64,000 bases of DNA from assembly GCA_043808095.1 (NCBI GenBank), contig JAZDFF010000031.1, forward strand, positions 101,073 through 165,072, given 5' to 3'. The notes under the pieces were generated by a model. The model ran no database searches. It had not been told where the DNA came from and saw only the letters and a list, made by a program, of their open reading frames with translations. Both the position numbers and the translations under genes were made by a program. This document shows, in pieces, positions 9,593 to 19,335 of the stretch (positions are counted from its first letter, which is position 1; the number at the start of each line of letters is the position of its first letter). Source of the stretch: Candidatus Omnitrophota bacterium. Lineage in GTDB: Bacteria > Omnitrophota > Gorgyraeia > JAZDFF01.

Positions 9593-10132
9593 TTATTTAA
9601 GAGACAGGCTAAAGCTCTCACCTTTAAATAAAAGTATTACCTCATGCGGAAAAATTTCAACAATTTCTGCATCTTGAATTTTATTACCCTTCTTTAATAC
9701 CTGATCATCAATAACTGCCCAGCTATCCGTTTCGGAAGAAAATACCCCTTGAAGGACCAGGGGGGGGAATTTTGAATTTGCCACCGCGTTATTTGACTTT
9801 ATCATTTTGGTTAAAGATGCAGTTATTGATTTGGAAAACGAACTGGGTTTTGCAGTCGTTGAGGCATTGGTCTTTGACTGGACCGGATTCTCAAATTTTG
9901 AGGCAATTTTATCAACTAAACCAGTTTGTTTAACGAGTTCTTTCAAGTTAGGATTAAAATATACTAAAGACCCGGTACTCAAAACCAAAATAACGAGTAT
10001 TAAAAATGGATTAAATTTAATCCTTGCTTTTGGTTTTTTATCTTCCGTCTTTTCCTTTTGAGGATCGCCTGGTTTTATATTTGGAGAAACTTCTCCCTGG
10101 ATTTTTTTTAATGCATCATAAATAATGCTCAT
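9593..10132 (-). CDS. GspB/ExeB-like protein
   Basis: MSIIYDALKK start, TM helix, C-terminal LQGVF..WAVIDD domain; follows exeA. Confidence 0.75.
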   Translation of the reverse strand: MSIIYDALKKIQGEVSPNIKPGDPQKEKTEDKKPKARIKFNPFLILVILVLSTGSLVYFNPNLKELVKQTGLVDKIASKFENPVQSKTNASTTAKPSSFSKSITASLTKMIKSNNAVANSKFPPLVLQGVFSSETDSWAVIDDQVLKKGNKIQDAEIVEIFPHEVILLFKGESFSLSLK

Positions 10133-10929
10133 TCCAATTCCTCAATACACTTTTCGACTATCTCAGGAGAGATTTCTTTTGCCTCTTTGACAAAACAAGC
10201 CAGAAGCGCTCGGTCACACAGCATGTTGATTAAACGAGGTACGCCTTTCGAAAAACTAAAAATTGCATCAAATGATTCGGATAAAAATTTAAGCGTGCCG
10301 TTTGCGCCTGCAATTTTTAGGCGGTGGTTAATATAAGTCTCCAATTCATCTCTATCAAGGGGCAATATATGATAACGCACGCTTATTCTTTGTGCGATTT
10401 GTCTTAATTGCGGAAGTTTTAATTTTCCATGTAATTCAGGCTGGCCAACAAGGATTATTTGAAGCAGTTTTTCTTTTTCGGTCTCAAGATTGGAGAGGAG
10501 GCGGATTTGTTCTAATTGATTGGGTTTTAAATTCTGGGCTTCATCAATGATTAAAACAATGTTTCTTCCGGCTTTGGACTCTTCCAATAAAAAAATATTT
10601 AAGGCCTGCACTAAACCTAGGCGGGATTTGGTTTTTGTTGCTATGCCGAAATCTTCCACAACTGCTTGCAGGAATTGAACTTCAGAAAAATTAGGGTTTA
10701 AGATAAAGGCGGTTTTTGTCTTTTTGTCGAGATGGTTTAATAGAGTGCGGCAGAGAGTAGTTTTCCCAGTTCCGATTTCCCCTGTAATCTCGATAATGCC
10801 TTTGCGTTCACTTATTCCATAGACGAGAAAGGAGAAGGCCTCGCGGTGCCTGCGACTTAGGTAGAAAAAACTAGGATCCGAGGTAACATTAAAGGGTTTT
10901 TCGCGTAATCCGAAGAATTTTTCATACAT
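10129..10929 (-). CDS. exeA: ExeA/GspA-type AAA ATPase
   Basis: MYEKFFGLREKPF, GEIGTGKTT, IIDEAQNL, LVGQPEL. Confidence 0.88.
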   Translation of the reverse strand: MYEKFFGLREKPFNVTSDPSFFYLSRRHREAFSFLVYGISERKGIIEITGEIGTGKTTLCRTLLNHLDKKTKTAFILNPNFSEVQFLQAVVEDFGIATKTKSRLGLVQALNIFLLEESKAGRNIVLIIDEAQNLKPNQLEQIRLLSNLETEKEKLLQIILVGQPELHGKLKLPQLRQIAQRISVRYHILPLDRDELETYINHRLKIAGANGTLKFLSESFDAIFSFSKGVPRLINMLCDRALLACFVKEAKEISPEIVEKCIEELE

Positions 10930-10975
10930 TTGTTTTGATTATATCATAAACTCCCAAAATGTAAAGTTAAAAAAA

Positions 10976-11004
10976 TTGACACTATTTTTGATATATGCTA
11001 TAAT
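10976..11004 (+). promoter_or_regulatory. Consensus sigma70 promoter
   Basis: TTGACA-17 bp-TATAAT, ending 9 nt before ATG 11014. Confidence 0.85.
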
Positions 11005-11013
11005 CCTAACGAA

Positions 11014-11367
11014 ATGAGCGCAAACGAATTTGGAGAAAAAAGGCGATACCAACGTCTTAAAATCAAGGTACCCATCAGTTACTATATTAAGTCCAACAAG
11101 ACTTACGGCGCTGCCCTGACATCTGATTTTAGCCTAGGAGGGCTTAAATTCGCCTCCGACGAATTCATACCTGCGCAAACCGAGTTTATTATCGATATGT
11201 TTTTGGCTGAATTAACTAAAAGCTTGAATGTTACGGGAAAAGTCGTGTGGTCGCAGAGATTTCCTTATTCTAACCGGTATTATTCTGGTGTAAAGTTTAC
11301 GGAAATCTCCCCAGAAAACAAGAATTGCATTTCTGAATACGTATCAAACCATCGATATTTACTCTAA
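11014..11367 (+). CDS. PilZ domain protein
   Basis: RRYQR and DFSLGG motifs. Confidence 0.88.
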   Translation: MSANEFGEKRRYQRLKIKVPISYYIKSNKTYGAALTSDFSLGGLKFASDEFIPAQTEFIIDMFLAELTKSLNVTGKVVWSQRFPYSNRYYSGVKFTEISPENKNCISEYVSNHRYLL

Positions 11368-11407
11368 AATATCTTCGTTTTTAATCAATAATCCTTAAGG
11401 AGGCGCA

Positions 11408-11551
11408 ATGGCAGAACAGCAACAGGTTAAACTTAAGAATATAAACTGCAAAGGTTGTAATAAGGCAATAAAAAGAAGAAAAGCATATTATCGAAATGGA
11501 AATTATTACTGCAATAAAAAATGCTTTAAGACCAAAAAAGAGAAGAAATAA
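11408..11551 (+). CDS. 47-aa basic Cys-rich (TRASH/YHS-like) protein, not in ORF track
   Basis: RBS AAGGAGG; MAEQQQVKLKNINCKGCNKAIKRRKAYYRNGNYYCNKKCFKTKKEKK; TAATG overlap with next gene. Confidence 0.75.
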   Translation: MAEQQQVKLKNINCKGCNKAIKRRKAYYRNGNYYCNKKCFKTKKEKK

Positions 11552-11946
11552 TGACGCAGAATTTTAAAGAGAAAAGAAGACACCCCAGGATAGAAAAAAA
11601 CGTCCCTCTAAAAATTAAAGACGAGCAGTTTGATATTATAACCGAAACTAAAAACATCAGCTGCTCTGGAGCATATTGCCAGGTTAATAAGTTCTTACCC
11701 GCCATGACAAAAGTAAGGGTAACTCTACTACTGCCTTTGTTATCGGTTAATAACAAGATTATTACCAAAAAGATTAGATGTAAAGGCATAGTGGTACGCT
11801 CTGAACCAGATAAGCCGGTATTGGTTAATGAAAAATACAGCATAGCTATATTTTTCAATGACATATCTGCGAAGGATATGGCTAATATCGCCGAATATGT
11901 AAATTTTCACATTGATAAAACACGCTCAAGGATTACGGCAGGATGA
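11551..11946 (+). CDS. PilZ domain protein
   Basis: RRHPR and NISCSG motifs. Confidence 0.88.
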   Translation: MTQNFKEKRRHPRIEKNVPLKIKDEQFDIITETKNISCSGAYCQVNKFLPAMTKVRVTLLLPLLSVNNKIITKKIRCKGIVVRSEPDKPVLVNEKYSIAIFFNDISAKDMANIAEYVNFHIDKTRSRITAG

Positions 11947-12638
11947 AAAAGTCGGCGGTAACTATTGTCCTATTTTTTAGCATCATATCAGGCATCCCCA
12001 TAATTTCTAGCGCAATGTCCACCGAGATACTCCTTCCTAAGTCAGACACAAAAATAAACGTTTCTTTGCTTGAGGCGCTTCAAAAAAGAAGTTCTTGCCG
12101 AAGATTTAAAAACCAGCCTTTAAACAAGGCTCAAATTTCACAGATCCTCTGGGCAGCAGGGGGCCAAAAACCAGATAATAGTTTGCCAGAGAAGACTAAC
12201 CGCACTATACCTTCTGCCGGGGCAATTTATCCCCTGGAAATATTCATCTTGATCGGAGAAAACTCTGTCCCGGGGATAAAGGCCGGTCTTTATCAATACA
12301 ATGTATCAAAACACAGCCTCATTATCCGTTTGGCTCAAGATTTAAGAAAAGAGTTGGTGCAGGCGTCTTTAAATCAGATGTTCATAAAAGATGCACCTAT
12401 TTCAATAATTATCTCGGCGCAATATAATCGAACTACATCCCGTTACGGAGAAAGAGGGACCCGCTATGTACACATGGAAGCGGGACATTCCTGTCAGAAC
12501 ATATACCTCATAGTTGAAAATTTGGGACTAAAGACTGTTGAAGTTGGTGCATTTAGCAACGAAAAGGTAAAGAAGGTGCTTCAGCTTTCTGACAATTTAG
12601 AGCCACTTGCCATTATGCCTGTCGGTTATTCGGATTAA
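11943..12638 (+). CDS. SagB/ThcOx-type nitroreductase
   Basis: RSSCRRF, RTIPSAGAIYPLE, EAGHSCQN. Confidence 0.88.
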   Translation: MKKSAVTIVLFFSIISGIPIISSAMSTEILLPKSDTKINVSLLEALQKRSSCRRFKNQPLNKAQISQILWAAGGQKPDNSLPEKTNRTIPSAGAIYPLEIFILIGENSVPGIKAGLYQYNVSKHSLIIRLAQDLRKELVQASLNQMFIKDAPISIIISAQYNRTTSRYGERGTRYVHMEAGHSCQNIYLIVENLGLKTVEVGAFSNEKVKKVLQLSDNLEPLAIMPVGYSD

Positions 12639-12664
12639 ATTTCTTTCCCCGATTCTAAACATAA

Positions 12665-13192
12665 ATGAAAAAAATAGTATTGGCTTATGCGCAAAAATTG
12701 GTTATCGGACTAATTTTTGCGCAAGATGATTTAGTCTCTGACGTCAAAAAAGATCTGATAGCTAAATTCGGTATGGCAGATTTTGAGAGCGATGATTTAG
12801 TATTTAACTACACGGATTATTATGCTGATGAATTTGGCAACAATCTTAAACGCAAATTCATTAGTTTTAAAAATTTAATAAATCCCCAAAGACTTAAGGA
12901 TATTAAACGCTGGACAATAAAATTAGAACAAAGGTATTCAAAAAATAAGAAACGGAGGGTCAATATTGACCCGGGATACCTTACTCTCTGGAATTTTGTT
13001 CTTTCTACGACTAAGGATTATTATCACCGAATCTATCTAGGAAAAGGAATATTTGGCGAGGTAACATTATGTTTTCAGAATCAATCCTTCCGGGAATTTG
13101 AGTGGACCTATCCCGATTACAAAAGCAAGGCCTATATCGAAATATTTAATAAAATCAGGGGTATTCTGTCGGTTCAATTAAAAGAAAAATGA
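12665..13192 (+). CDS. DUF4416-like protein
   Basis: YTDYY..EFG, RRVNIDPGY, HRIYLGKGI, WTYPDY. Confidence 0.8.
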   Translation: MKKIVLAYAQKLVIGLIFAQDDLVSDVKKDLIAKFGMADFESDDLVFNYTDYYADEFGNNLKRKFISFKNLINPQRLKDIKRWTIKLEQRYSKNKKRRVNIDPGYLTLWNFVLSTTKDYYHRIYLGKGIFGEVTLCFQNQSFREFEWTYPDYKSKAYIEIFNKIRGILSVQLKEK

Positions 13193-14355
13193 GATTCCGG
13201 ATAATTATACTCCGCGGCCTGCCCCGCTCACAGTCTTACACAAAATCAGTGGCGGGATCCCGCCTAAAGCAATACGACAAATGGGCGGGAAAAACCGCGC
13301 CCTTTGGTTCGACTGCGCTCACTATCCCTCTAACCATCCCGAGCGAAGCCAAGGGACAGGCGCGGATAAGATGTGGCCGCTTGAGTATTCCGCCTTTGGA
13401 ACCCCAGGTTTTAATCCGGGTGGGCTTCATTATTCTAGGCATTTTGATGGTTAGCGGCTGCGCTACCATCTATAATCCTGCAACAGAAAGAAAGGAATGG
13501 GTCTTTATTGATACAAAGCAAGAGGTATCTATCGGCAAATATATCAGTAATCAGGTTAAAAATGAATTTAAGTTTTCTGATGATAAAGAGGCCACTAAAA
13601 GGGTAGAAGGCATAGGTAAAATAGTAGCCGCCTCCTGCGATAGAAAAGATCTCGATTACCATTTTAACGTGGTTAAGGACAAAGAGCTGAATGCATTTGC
13701 CATACCCGGAGGTTACGTCTATGTCCATAGCGGATTAGTTGAGGCCGCAACCGACTCGGAACTCGCCTGTGTCTTGGGGCACGAGATTGGGCATATCGCA
13801 GCAAGACACCCCGTTAAAAAACTTGAAACAGGACTTGGCTACCAAATCGCCATGAGTTTACTATTAGGCCGGTCAAGCCAAGCTGAGATTGCGCGCGGCA
13901 TAGATATTATGTTTAATCTTATATCACTGGGTTATAGCAGAAGCGACGAAAAATTGGCAGATAAGCTTGGAGTTAAATATGCATATAAATCCGGATTTGA
14001 GCCGAATGGAATGATTAGTTTCTTGGGAAAACTCCAGAAGGAAGTAGATAAACGCGGACCCCAACTAAACATCGAATTTTTAAGGTCGCATCCTAATTTA
14101 GCAGAGAGGATTAATTTAATAAGGGAAGAAATCGATTCTCTTGAAAATGCCTCTAGCTCTTTGGATATTTCTACTTTAACGCCAAAACAAGGCGATAAGG
14201 CAACGGCGGGAGAAAAAAATATCACTCCGAGATCTAATTATTCCGAACAAAGCGACGTTGCCTTAAAACCAAAATTCTGCCGGCTCTGCAAAACTCAATA
14301 CCCCGAAAGATTCAAATTTTGCCCCAAGCACGGCATTCTTCTTACCCCTCAATAG
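13189..14355 (+). CDS. M48 metallopeptidase lipoprotein with C-terminal Zn ribbon; signal peptide interrupted by repeat insertion
   Basis: LMVSGC lipobox, NAFAIPGG, HEIGH, SHP, C-terminal CxxC..CPKH. Confidence 0.88.
   Translation: MRFRIIILRGLPRSQSYTKSVAGSRLKQYDKWAGKTAPFGSTALTIPLTIPSEAKGQARIRCGRLSIPPLEPQVLIRVGFIILGILMVSGCATIYNPATERKEWVFIDTKQEVSIGKYISNQVKNEFKFSDDKEATKRVEGIGKIVAASCDRKDLDYHFNVVKDKELNAFAIPGGYVYVHSGLVEAATDSELACVLGHEIGHIAARHPVKKLETGLGYQIAMSLLLGRSSQAEIARGIDIMFNLISLGYSRSDEKLADKLGVKYAYKSGFEPNGMISFLGKLQKEVDKRGPQLNIEFLRSHPNLAERINLIREEIDSLENASSSLDISTLTPKQGDKATAGEKNITPRSNYSEQSDVALKPKFCRLCKTQYPERFKFCPKHGILLTPQ
13207..13428. mobile_element. Nested palindromic element with IS200/IS605-like terminal hairpins, in frame in the M48 gene
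   Basis: GC-rich hairpins; ends resemble 26411-26654 and 48432-48578. Confidence 0.75.
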
Positions 14356-14356
14356 A

Positions 14357-15316
14357 ATGAAACCTGCCTCCTATATCAAGCTATACAAAAGCGGTGAGCT
14401 TAAAAAAAGGATCAATTGTTTATTCAAAAAACTGGAATCATGCAATCTCTGCCCAAGAAATTGCCAGGTAAATCGTCTTAAAGGTCAAAAGGGACTTTGC
14501 CGTACGGCAATGGATGTCAGGGTTTTTAATTACATGGCCCACCTGGGAGAAGAACCGCCTGTCTCCGGAAAAAATGGGTCAGGCGCAATATTCTTTTCAG
14601 GCTGCCCTTTAAGATGCGTCTATTGTCAGAATTACAGGTTCAGCCAGTTACTGCAGGGAAGGACGGTCAAGGCTGACTCTTTAGCTAGGTTTATGCTTAA
14701 ATTACAGGAACAAGGCTGCCATAATATCAACCTGGTTAGCCCGACCCACGTGCTTTATCAAATATTAGAAGCGCTCCAACTGGCAATCGAAGGCGGTTTG
14801 ACTATACCTCTTGTTTACAATACCAGCGGTTATGAATCTCGAGAGACATTAGAATTGCTTAACGAAATAGTGGACGTGTATCTTGCCGATATGCGATATG
14901 GAGATAACGAAAAGGCTGCCAGGTATTCCGGAGTATCGGATTACGTAGAAATTAACCGGATAGCATTAAAAGAGATGTACCGGCAGGTGGGGAATGTGGA
15001 ATTAGATGACTCACAAATCATCGAGCGCGGACTTATTATCAGGCACCTTGTTATGCCGAATGATGTCTCAAATACCGAAAATGTCCTATCATTTATTGCT
15101 AAAGAAATATCTAAAGACGCCTTTATAAGCTTGATGAGTCAATATCTGCCTTGCTACAGGGCAAAAGAATTTAGCCAATTAAATAGAAAAATTACTTCCG
15201 GGGAATACGAAAAGGCAAAAAATTTACTTAACGGGTTTGGACTTTATAACGGTTGGTTCCAGGAGGATTATGGCAAAGAGTCATTAGCAGGCATAAACAT
15301 AGAGCCAAATGCCTGA
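14357..15316 (+). CDS. Radical SAM protein (PflX-like)
   Basis: CNLCPRNC, GCPLRCVYCQN. Confidence 0.88.
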   Translation: MKPASYIKLYKSGELKKRINCLFKKLESCNLCPRNCQVNRLKGQKGLCRTAMDVRVFNYMAHLGEEPPVSGKNGSGAIFFSGCPLRCVYCQNYRFSQLLQGRTVKADSLARFMLKLQEQGCHNINLVSPTHVLYQILEALQLAIEGGLTIPLVYNTSGYESRETLELLNEIVDVYLADMRYGDNEKAARYSGVSDYVEINRIALKEMYRQVGNVELDDSQIIERGLIIRHLVMPNDVSNTENVLSFIAKEISKDAFISLMSQYLPCYRAKEFSQLNRKITSGEYEKAKNLLNGFGLYNGWFQEDYGKESLAGINIEPNA

Positions 15317-15377
15317 AAATATTCTTAATTTGACAAATCAATCCCATTATGTTAGTATGAGCTCGGGGTTATAAGAA

Positions 15378-15605
15378 ATGAAAATTAAGGCAGAATTTAC
15401 TTTTCCCGGGGAATTAAAAAATGAGCCCATCATACACTACATAAGTACGAAGTTTAAGATAGTCCCAATCATTGTAGAGGCCTCATTTTCTACCGATGTT
15501 GGGTGGGCATATTTGATTTTAGACGGAGAAAAAGAAGAGCTGCAAAGATTATTTGATTACTTAAAAAATAAAAATATAAAGACAGAACGAATAGAAGAGA
15601 TATAA
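15378..15605 (+). CDS. NIL domain protein
   Basis: EPII...F.I...I.EAS....GW pattern. Confidence 0.75.
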   Translation: MKIKAEFTFPGELKNEPIIHYISTKFKIVPIIVEASFSTDVGWAYLILDGEKEELQRLFDYLKNKNIKTERIEEI

Positions 15606-15724
15606 TATTTAATTGGATAAATCAGTTTCTGTTTTATTCAAAAATAAAATATTCAAGCCTACCATCGGTCCATTCTTTAACAGCCCGCTTAAATTTCGGC
15701 AAAAAATTAAAAATATAAAAAACT

Positions 15725-17557
15725 ATGAAGATATCTCATAGGATGTTGGCCCTTTACATCTTTATTGCATTTTTGGCTATAATTGCTTGGTTTAAGTTTG
15801 CATATCCCCAGCTTGCATTTATAGATTTATCTATTGATAAAAAAGATGCATTTACAAAAGCGGGCGACTATCTTACCGGAAAAGGAATAGACATTACTAG
15901 ATATAGAAAGGCCATAGTCTTAGAAATGGACTATTGGGCCGATAGATATTTGCAGAAGGTAATCGGTTTTAAAAAAGAGGAGGAGTTTCTTAAAAAATAC
16001 AGCTATGACTTATTTTATTGGTCAGTAAGGTTTTTTATAGAAAACCAAAAGGAAGAATACATTGTTAAGGTTAGTTCTAAGTCGGGAGAGGTTATATCTT
16101 TCTCGCACTTTATTGAAGATACAGAAAAACGCGCAACCCCGAATAAAGAAGCCTCGAGACTGATGGCAGAAAATTTCTTAAAACAAAATTTTGGAGTAAA
16201 TTTTTTAGAATATGATATTCATGAGGAGCAGGTAAAGAATTTTGACAATCGCACAGACTACCCTTTTGATTGGCAAAGGAAAGACGTAGCTATACCTTCA
16301 AATAGCGATCCTTCTGGCGGCATGGCAAAATTACTTACAGGAGCTACTGTTTCAGGAGGAGAAATCCGGCTATTCTTTAAAAATAGGCTGGATATTCCCG
16401 AGAAATTCAAAAGACATGTCCAAAGGCAAATTGCACTTGGAAATTTATTAAGCAGGATTTCTTTTCTCTGGTTGTTTTCCTGGATCGTCTTGGCGATAGT
16501 AAAAATTATTAACAGAAAAAATGATTTATTGATAAAAAGATCCTGGCGTTTCTATTTAACTATAGGAATAATACTTTTTACATTACAGATATCACACTCT
16601 TTTAATGAGCTAAACCAAATATTATTCCAATATCCAACAAGTTCAATATTAACTTCGTATCTTATAAACGTATCTCTTGCGCTTGTTATTAGTGCCATAT
16701 CTTTAAGCCTTTTTGTAGTAATAATCGGCACTTCTTCAGAGTTATTTCGCTATGAGGTCTATCCTGCTAAAAAAACAATCTCATTTATCCATTATATAAA
16801 TTCGAGCTTCTTCAGTAAACAAGTCTCGGGAGCTATCTTATTCGGGTATCTTTTATTTCTTATATTTCTGGGGCTTCAGGCATTATTATTTCACCTTGGG
16901 CAGAAATTTTTAGGTGTCTGGGTAGATAAGGTGAGGATATCCGGTCTTTCGAGTAGTTATCTACCTTTTTTAAGCGCCTTTATAATTGGAGTACAAGCCA
17001 GTTTCAGCGAAGAGATTGTCTATAGAATCTTTGGCATAAATTGGCTAAAGAAATACATCAAAAACGCCTTCTTGGCCGTCTTGATTGCCGCCTTAGTCTG
17101 GGGATTTGGCCACAGTAACTATACTGTCTTTCCTGTTTGGTTTAGAGGCATAGAGGTGGGTATTTTGGGAATATTTTATGGGCTAATTTTCTTAAGGTAC
17201 GGTATTATTCCTTTGATTGTTGCCCATTATCTTTTCGACGTATACTGGGAATCGTCTGCCTTCATCTTGGGCCACTCTAACTTTCTTTTATTTACAAGCT
17301 CCCTGATCTTACTTATTCTGCCGGCAATATTTTCACTAATCGCTTTCTTAAGGAATAAACCTGATCAAGAGAATGAGATAGAACTACTTTTAAATACGCA
17401 TCAAAGGTATAATCTAGAAATTTTAGTGGATTTCCTTTTAAAGAAGAGGGACCAAGGACAGGCATTTGAAAAGATAAAAGACGAGCTAATATCTTGCGGT
17501 TGGGATCAGATGCTTGTCGAATTAGCCATAAATAAGATTGCCAAGAATGAATATTAA
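15725..17557 (+). CDS. CPBP/Abi (CAAX-type) intramembrane protease with large extracytoplasmic N-domain
   Basis: EEIVYR, WGFGH, AHYLFD, multiple TM helices. Confidence 0.82.
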   Translation: MKISHRMLALYIFIAFLAIIAWFKFAYPQLAFIDLSIDKKDAFTKAGDYLTGKGIDITRYRKAIVLEMDYWADRYLQKVIGFKKEEEFLKKYSYDLFYWSVRFFIENQKEEYIVKVSSKSGEVISFSHFIEDTEKRATPNKEASRLMAENFLKQNFGVNFLEYDIHEEQVKNFDNRTDYPFDWQRKDVAIPSNSDPSGGMAKLLTGATVSGGEIRLFFKNRLDIPEKFKRHVQRQIALGNLLSRISFLWLFSWIVLAIVKIINRKNDLLIKRSWRFYLTIGIILFTLQISHSFNELNQILFQYPTSSILTSYLINVSLALVISAISLSLFVVIIGTSSELFRYEVYPAKKTISFIHYINSSFFSKQVSGAILFGYLLFLIFLGLQALLFHLGQKFLGVWVDKVRISGLSSSYLPFLSAFIIGVQASFSEEIVYRIFGINWLKKYIKNAFLAVLIAALVWGFGHSNYTVFPVWFRGIEVGILGIFYGLIFLRYGIIPLIVAHYLFDVYWESSAFILGHSNFLLFTSSLILLILPAIFSLIAFLRNKPDQENEIELLLNTHQRYNLEILVDFLLKKRDQGQAFEKIKDELISCGWDQMLVELAINKIAKNEY

Positions 17558-18659
17558 GAAATTGATTTTAAAGACGTCTATAGTAACCATATTATTGTTG
17601 GCGCTTTTATTAGTCTTAAGCCCGTTGATTGCCTTATTTCTTTCCCCCAAACTGAGCAAACATGTTTATCAGGAACTTTCTTTTCGGGTAATCTCTGGAA
17701 ATGAATTACAAAATCCAAGCTCAAATGAGGTATTAATACAGAAAGCCATTGATTATACCAGGACTAATCTCTGGGCAGTTACGGATATTCCTCCTTATGA
17801 GGGTACGCCATTCGATTGTTTAACCATAGGGATAGGCTGGTGCGACTATCACGCCAGGGTATTTTGCAGGTTACTTAGTATTAAGGGGATACATGCCCGG
17901 TATGATTTTCTTATGGACAAAGATGGGGTTTCTCCTCATACAATAGCAGAGGTATATCTAAAAGGCCGATGGCGTGCCATTGATCCATATTTTAGCCTGA
18001 TTTATTATAAGGATGGTAAAGAATGGGCAAGATTAGAAGAGGTGACTCCCCAGTTAATTTCAAAATTACCCAGGGTTTCAATAATGATGCAGGATAAGGA
18101 TGCTTATAATAACTTTATGGATTTTACGGCAAGGATATTTCCTCTACCGCGCGCTCCTACGCGTTCCGACGATTTTGTGAAAGATAGGCATATCTTTGAT
18201 TTTATGGCAGACGCATATGTTAATGTATTTGGTTTAAATTTTGCCTATTGGTATCAGGATATATTTCTCAAACGCCAAATTCACGAAATAAAAGTTCCTG
18301 TGGAACGCCTTTGGTATGAGGCAAGAAACTATGACCTTTATCAAAGAACGCAAAAGGCAGAAGTTCTTTATAGAGAAATAATCGTCAATTATTCTGACAG
18401 TAATTATTATGATAAAACCGCATTTTTCTTAAGCCTGCTTCTAATGCGGCAGGAAAGATATGAAGAGGCAAGAGAGGTTTTAAATAAACTATTAATAAAA
18501 AAGTCCCATACTGCCTGGCGAGATTATGCGAATTTTTATTTGGCATTATGTTATGAAAAGCTGGGTAATTTCCGCAACGCTATTTATTACTATAAACTAG
18601 CCAGGGAGATAAAAATTTATAGTGATTGCCTTGATCATCTAAGGCAATTGTCCGGTTAA
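17538..18659 (+). CDS. Transglutaminase-like domain + TPR protein
   Basis: GWCDYHA / HTIAEV / AIDP triad; C-terminal TPR-like helices. Confidence 0.72.
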   Translation: MPRMNIKKLILKTSIVTILLLALLLVLSPLIALFLSPKLSKHVYQELSFRVISGNELQNPSSNEVLIQKAIDYTRTNLWAVTDIPPYEGTPFDCLTIGIGWCDYHARVFCRLLSIKGIHARYDFLMDKDGVSPHTIAEVYLKGRWRAIDPYFSLIYYKDGKEWARLEEVTPQLISKLPRVSIMMQDKDAYNNFMDFTARIFPLPRAPTRSDDFVKDRHIFDFMADAYVNVFGLNFAYWYQDIFLKRQIHEIKVPVERLWYEARNYDLYQRTQKAEVLYREIIVNYSDSNYYDKTAFFLSLLLMRQERYEEAREVLNKLLIKKSHTAWRDYANFYLALCYEKLGNFRNAIYYYKLAREIKIYSDCLDHLRQLSG

Positions 18660-18671
18660 TATTTTTTTGAC

Positions 18672-18700
18672 TTGACAACCACACAAATGAGTGGTATTTT
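18672..18700 (+). promoter_or_regulatory. lexA promoter with operator palindrome in the spacer
   Basis: TTGACA-17 bp-TATTTT; ACCACACAAATGAGTGGT at 18678-18695. Confidence 0.8.
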
Positions 18701-18734
18701 AAGAAAAAGGGCGTTGGGTTTTAAAAAATAAGAT

Positions 18735-19328
18735 ATGGAAGAGCTTACTGAAAAACAGAAAAAAATATTAAATTTCATCCAGGATAAAATAAGGCTGGAG
18801 GGGATTCCGCCCACCATAAGAGAAATAGGCATCCATTTTAAATTTTCTTCAACCGGAACAGTCAGAGATTATCTAAAAATCTTAAGCAAAAAGGGATACC
18901 TAAAAATAGCGCCTCGTAAATCCAGGTCAATAGAGTTATTCAGGCGCCTTGGTTATCGTATACCAATCTTGGCTCAGGTAAAGGCTGGCGAACCAAATCT
19001 TGCTTACGAAAACTTAGAAGGATATCTTGATTTAAACGATTTTTGTTATCGAAAAGACCGGGAGGTCTTCGTTTTAAAAGTAAAGGGAGACAGCATGACT
19101 GGCGCAGGTATCTTAGAAGGAGACCTTATCTTGGTAAGAAAACAACGCATGGCAAAAACAGGAGAAATTATTGTAGCCTTATTAGAAAACAATGAAGCCA
19201 CTGTTAAAAGGTTAAAGAGTAAGGCCGGCCGAGTATATCTTGAGTCGGAAAATGCAAATTATCCACCCATCTATAAAGAATTCAACATTATCGGAAAAGT
19301 AATAGCTACAATTAGAAAATACAATTAG
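18735..19328 (+). CDS. lexA: SOS repressor LexA
   Basis: PPTIREI HTH, AG cleavage site, GDSM Ser, TVKR Lys. Confidence 0.95.
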   Translation: MEELTEKQKKILNFIQDKIRLEGIPPTIREIGIHFKFSSTGTVRDYLKILSKKGYLKIAPRKSRSIELFRRLGYRIPILAQVKAGEPNLAYENLEGYLDLNDFCYRKDREVFVLKVKGDSMTGAGILEGDLILVRKQRMAKTGEIIVALLENNEATVKRLKSKAGRVYLESENANYPPIYKEFNIIGKVIATIRKYN

Positions 19329-19335
19329 GATTAAT

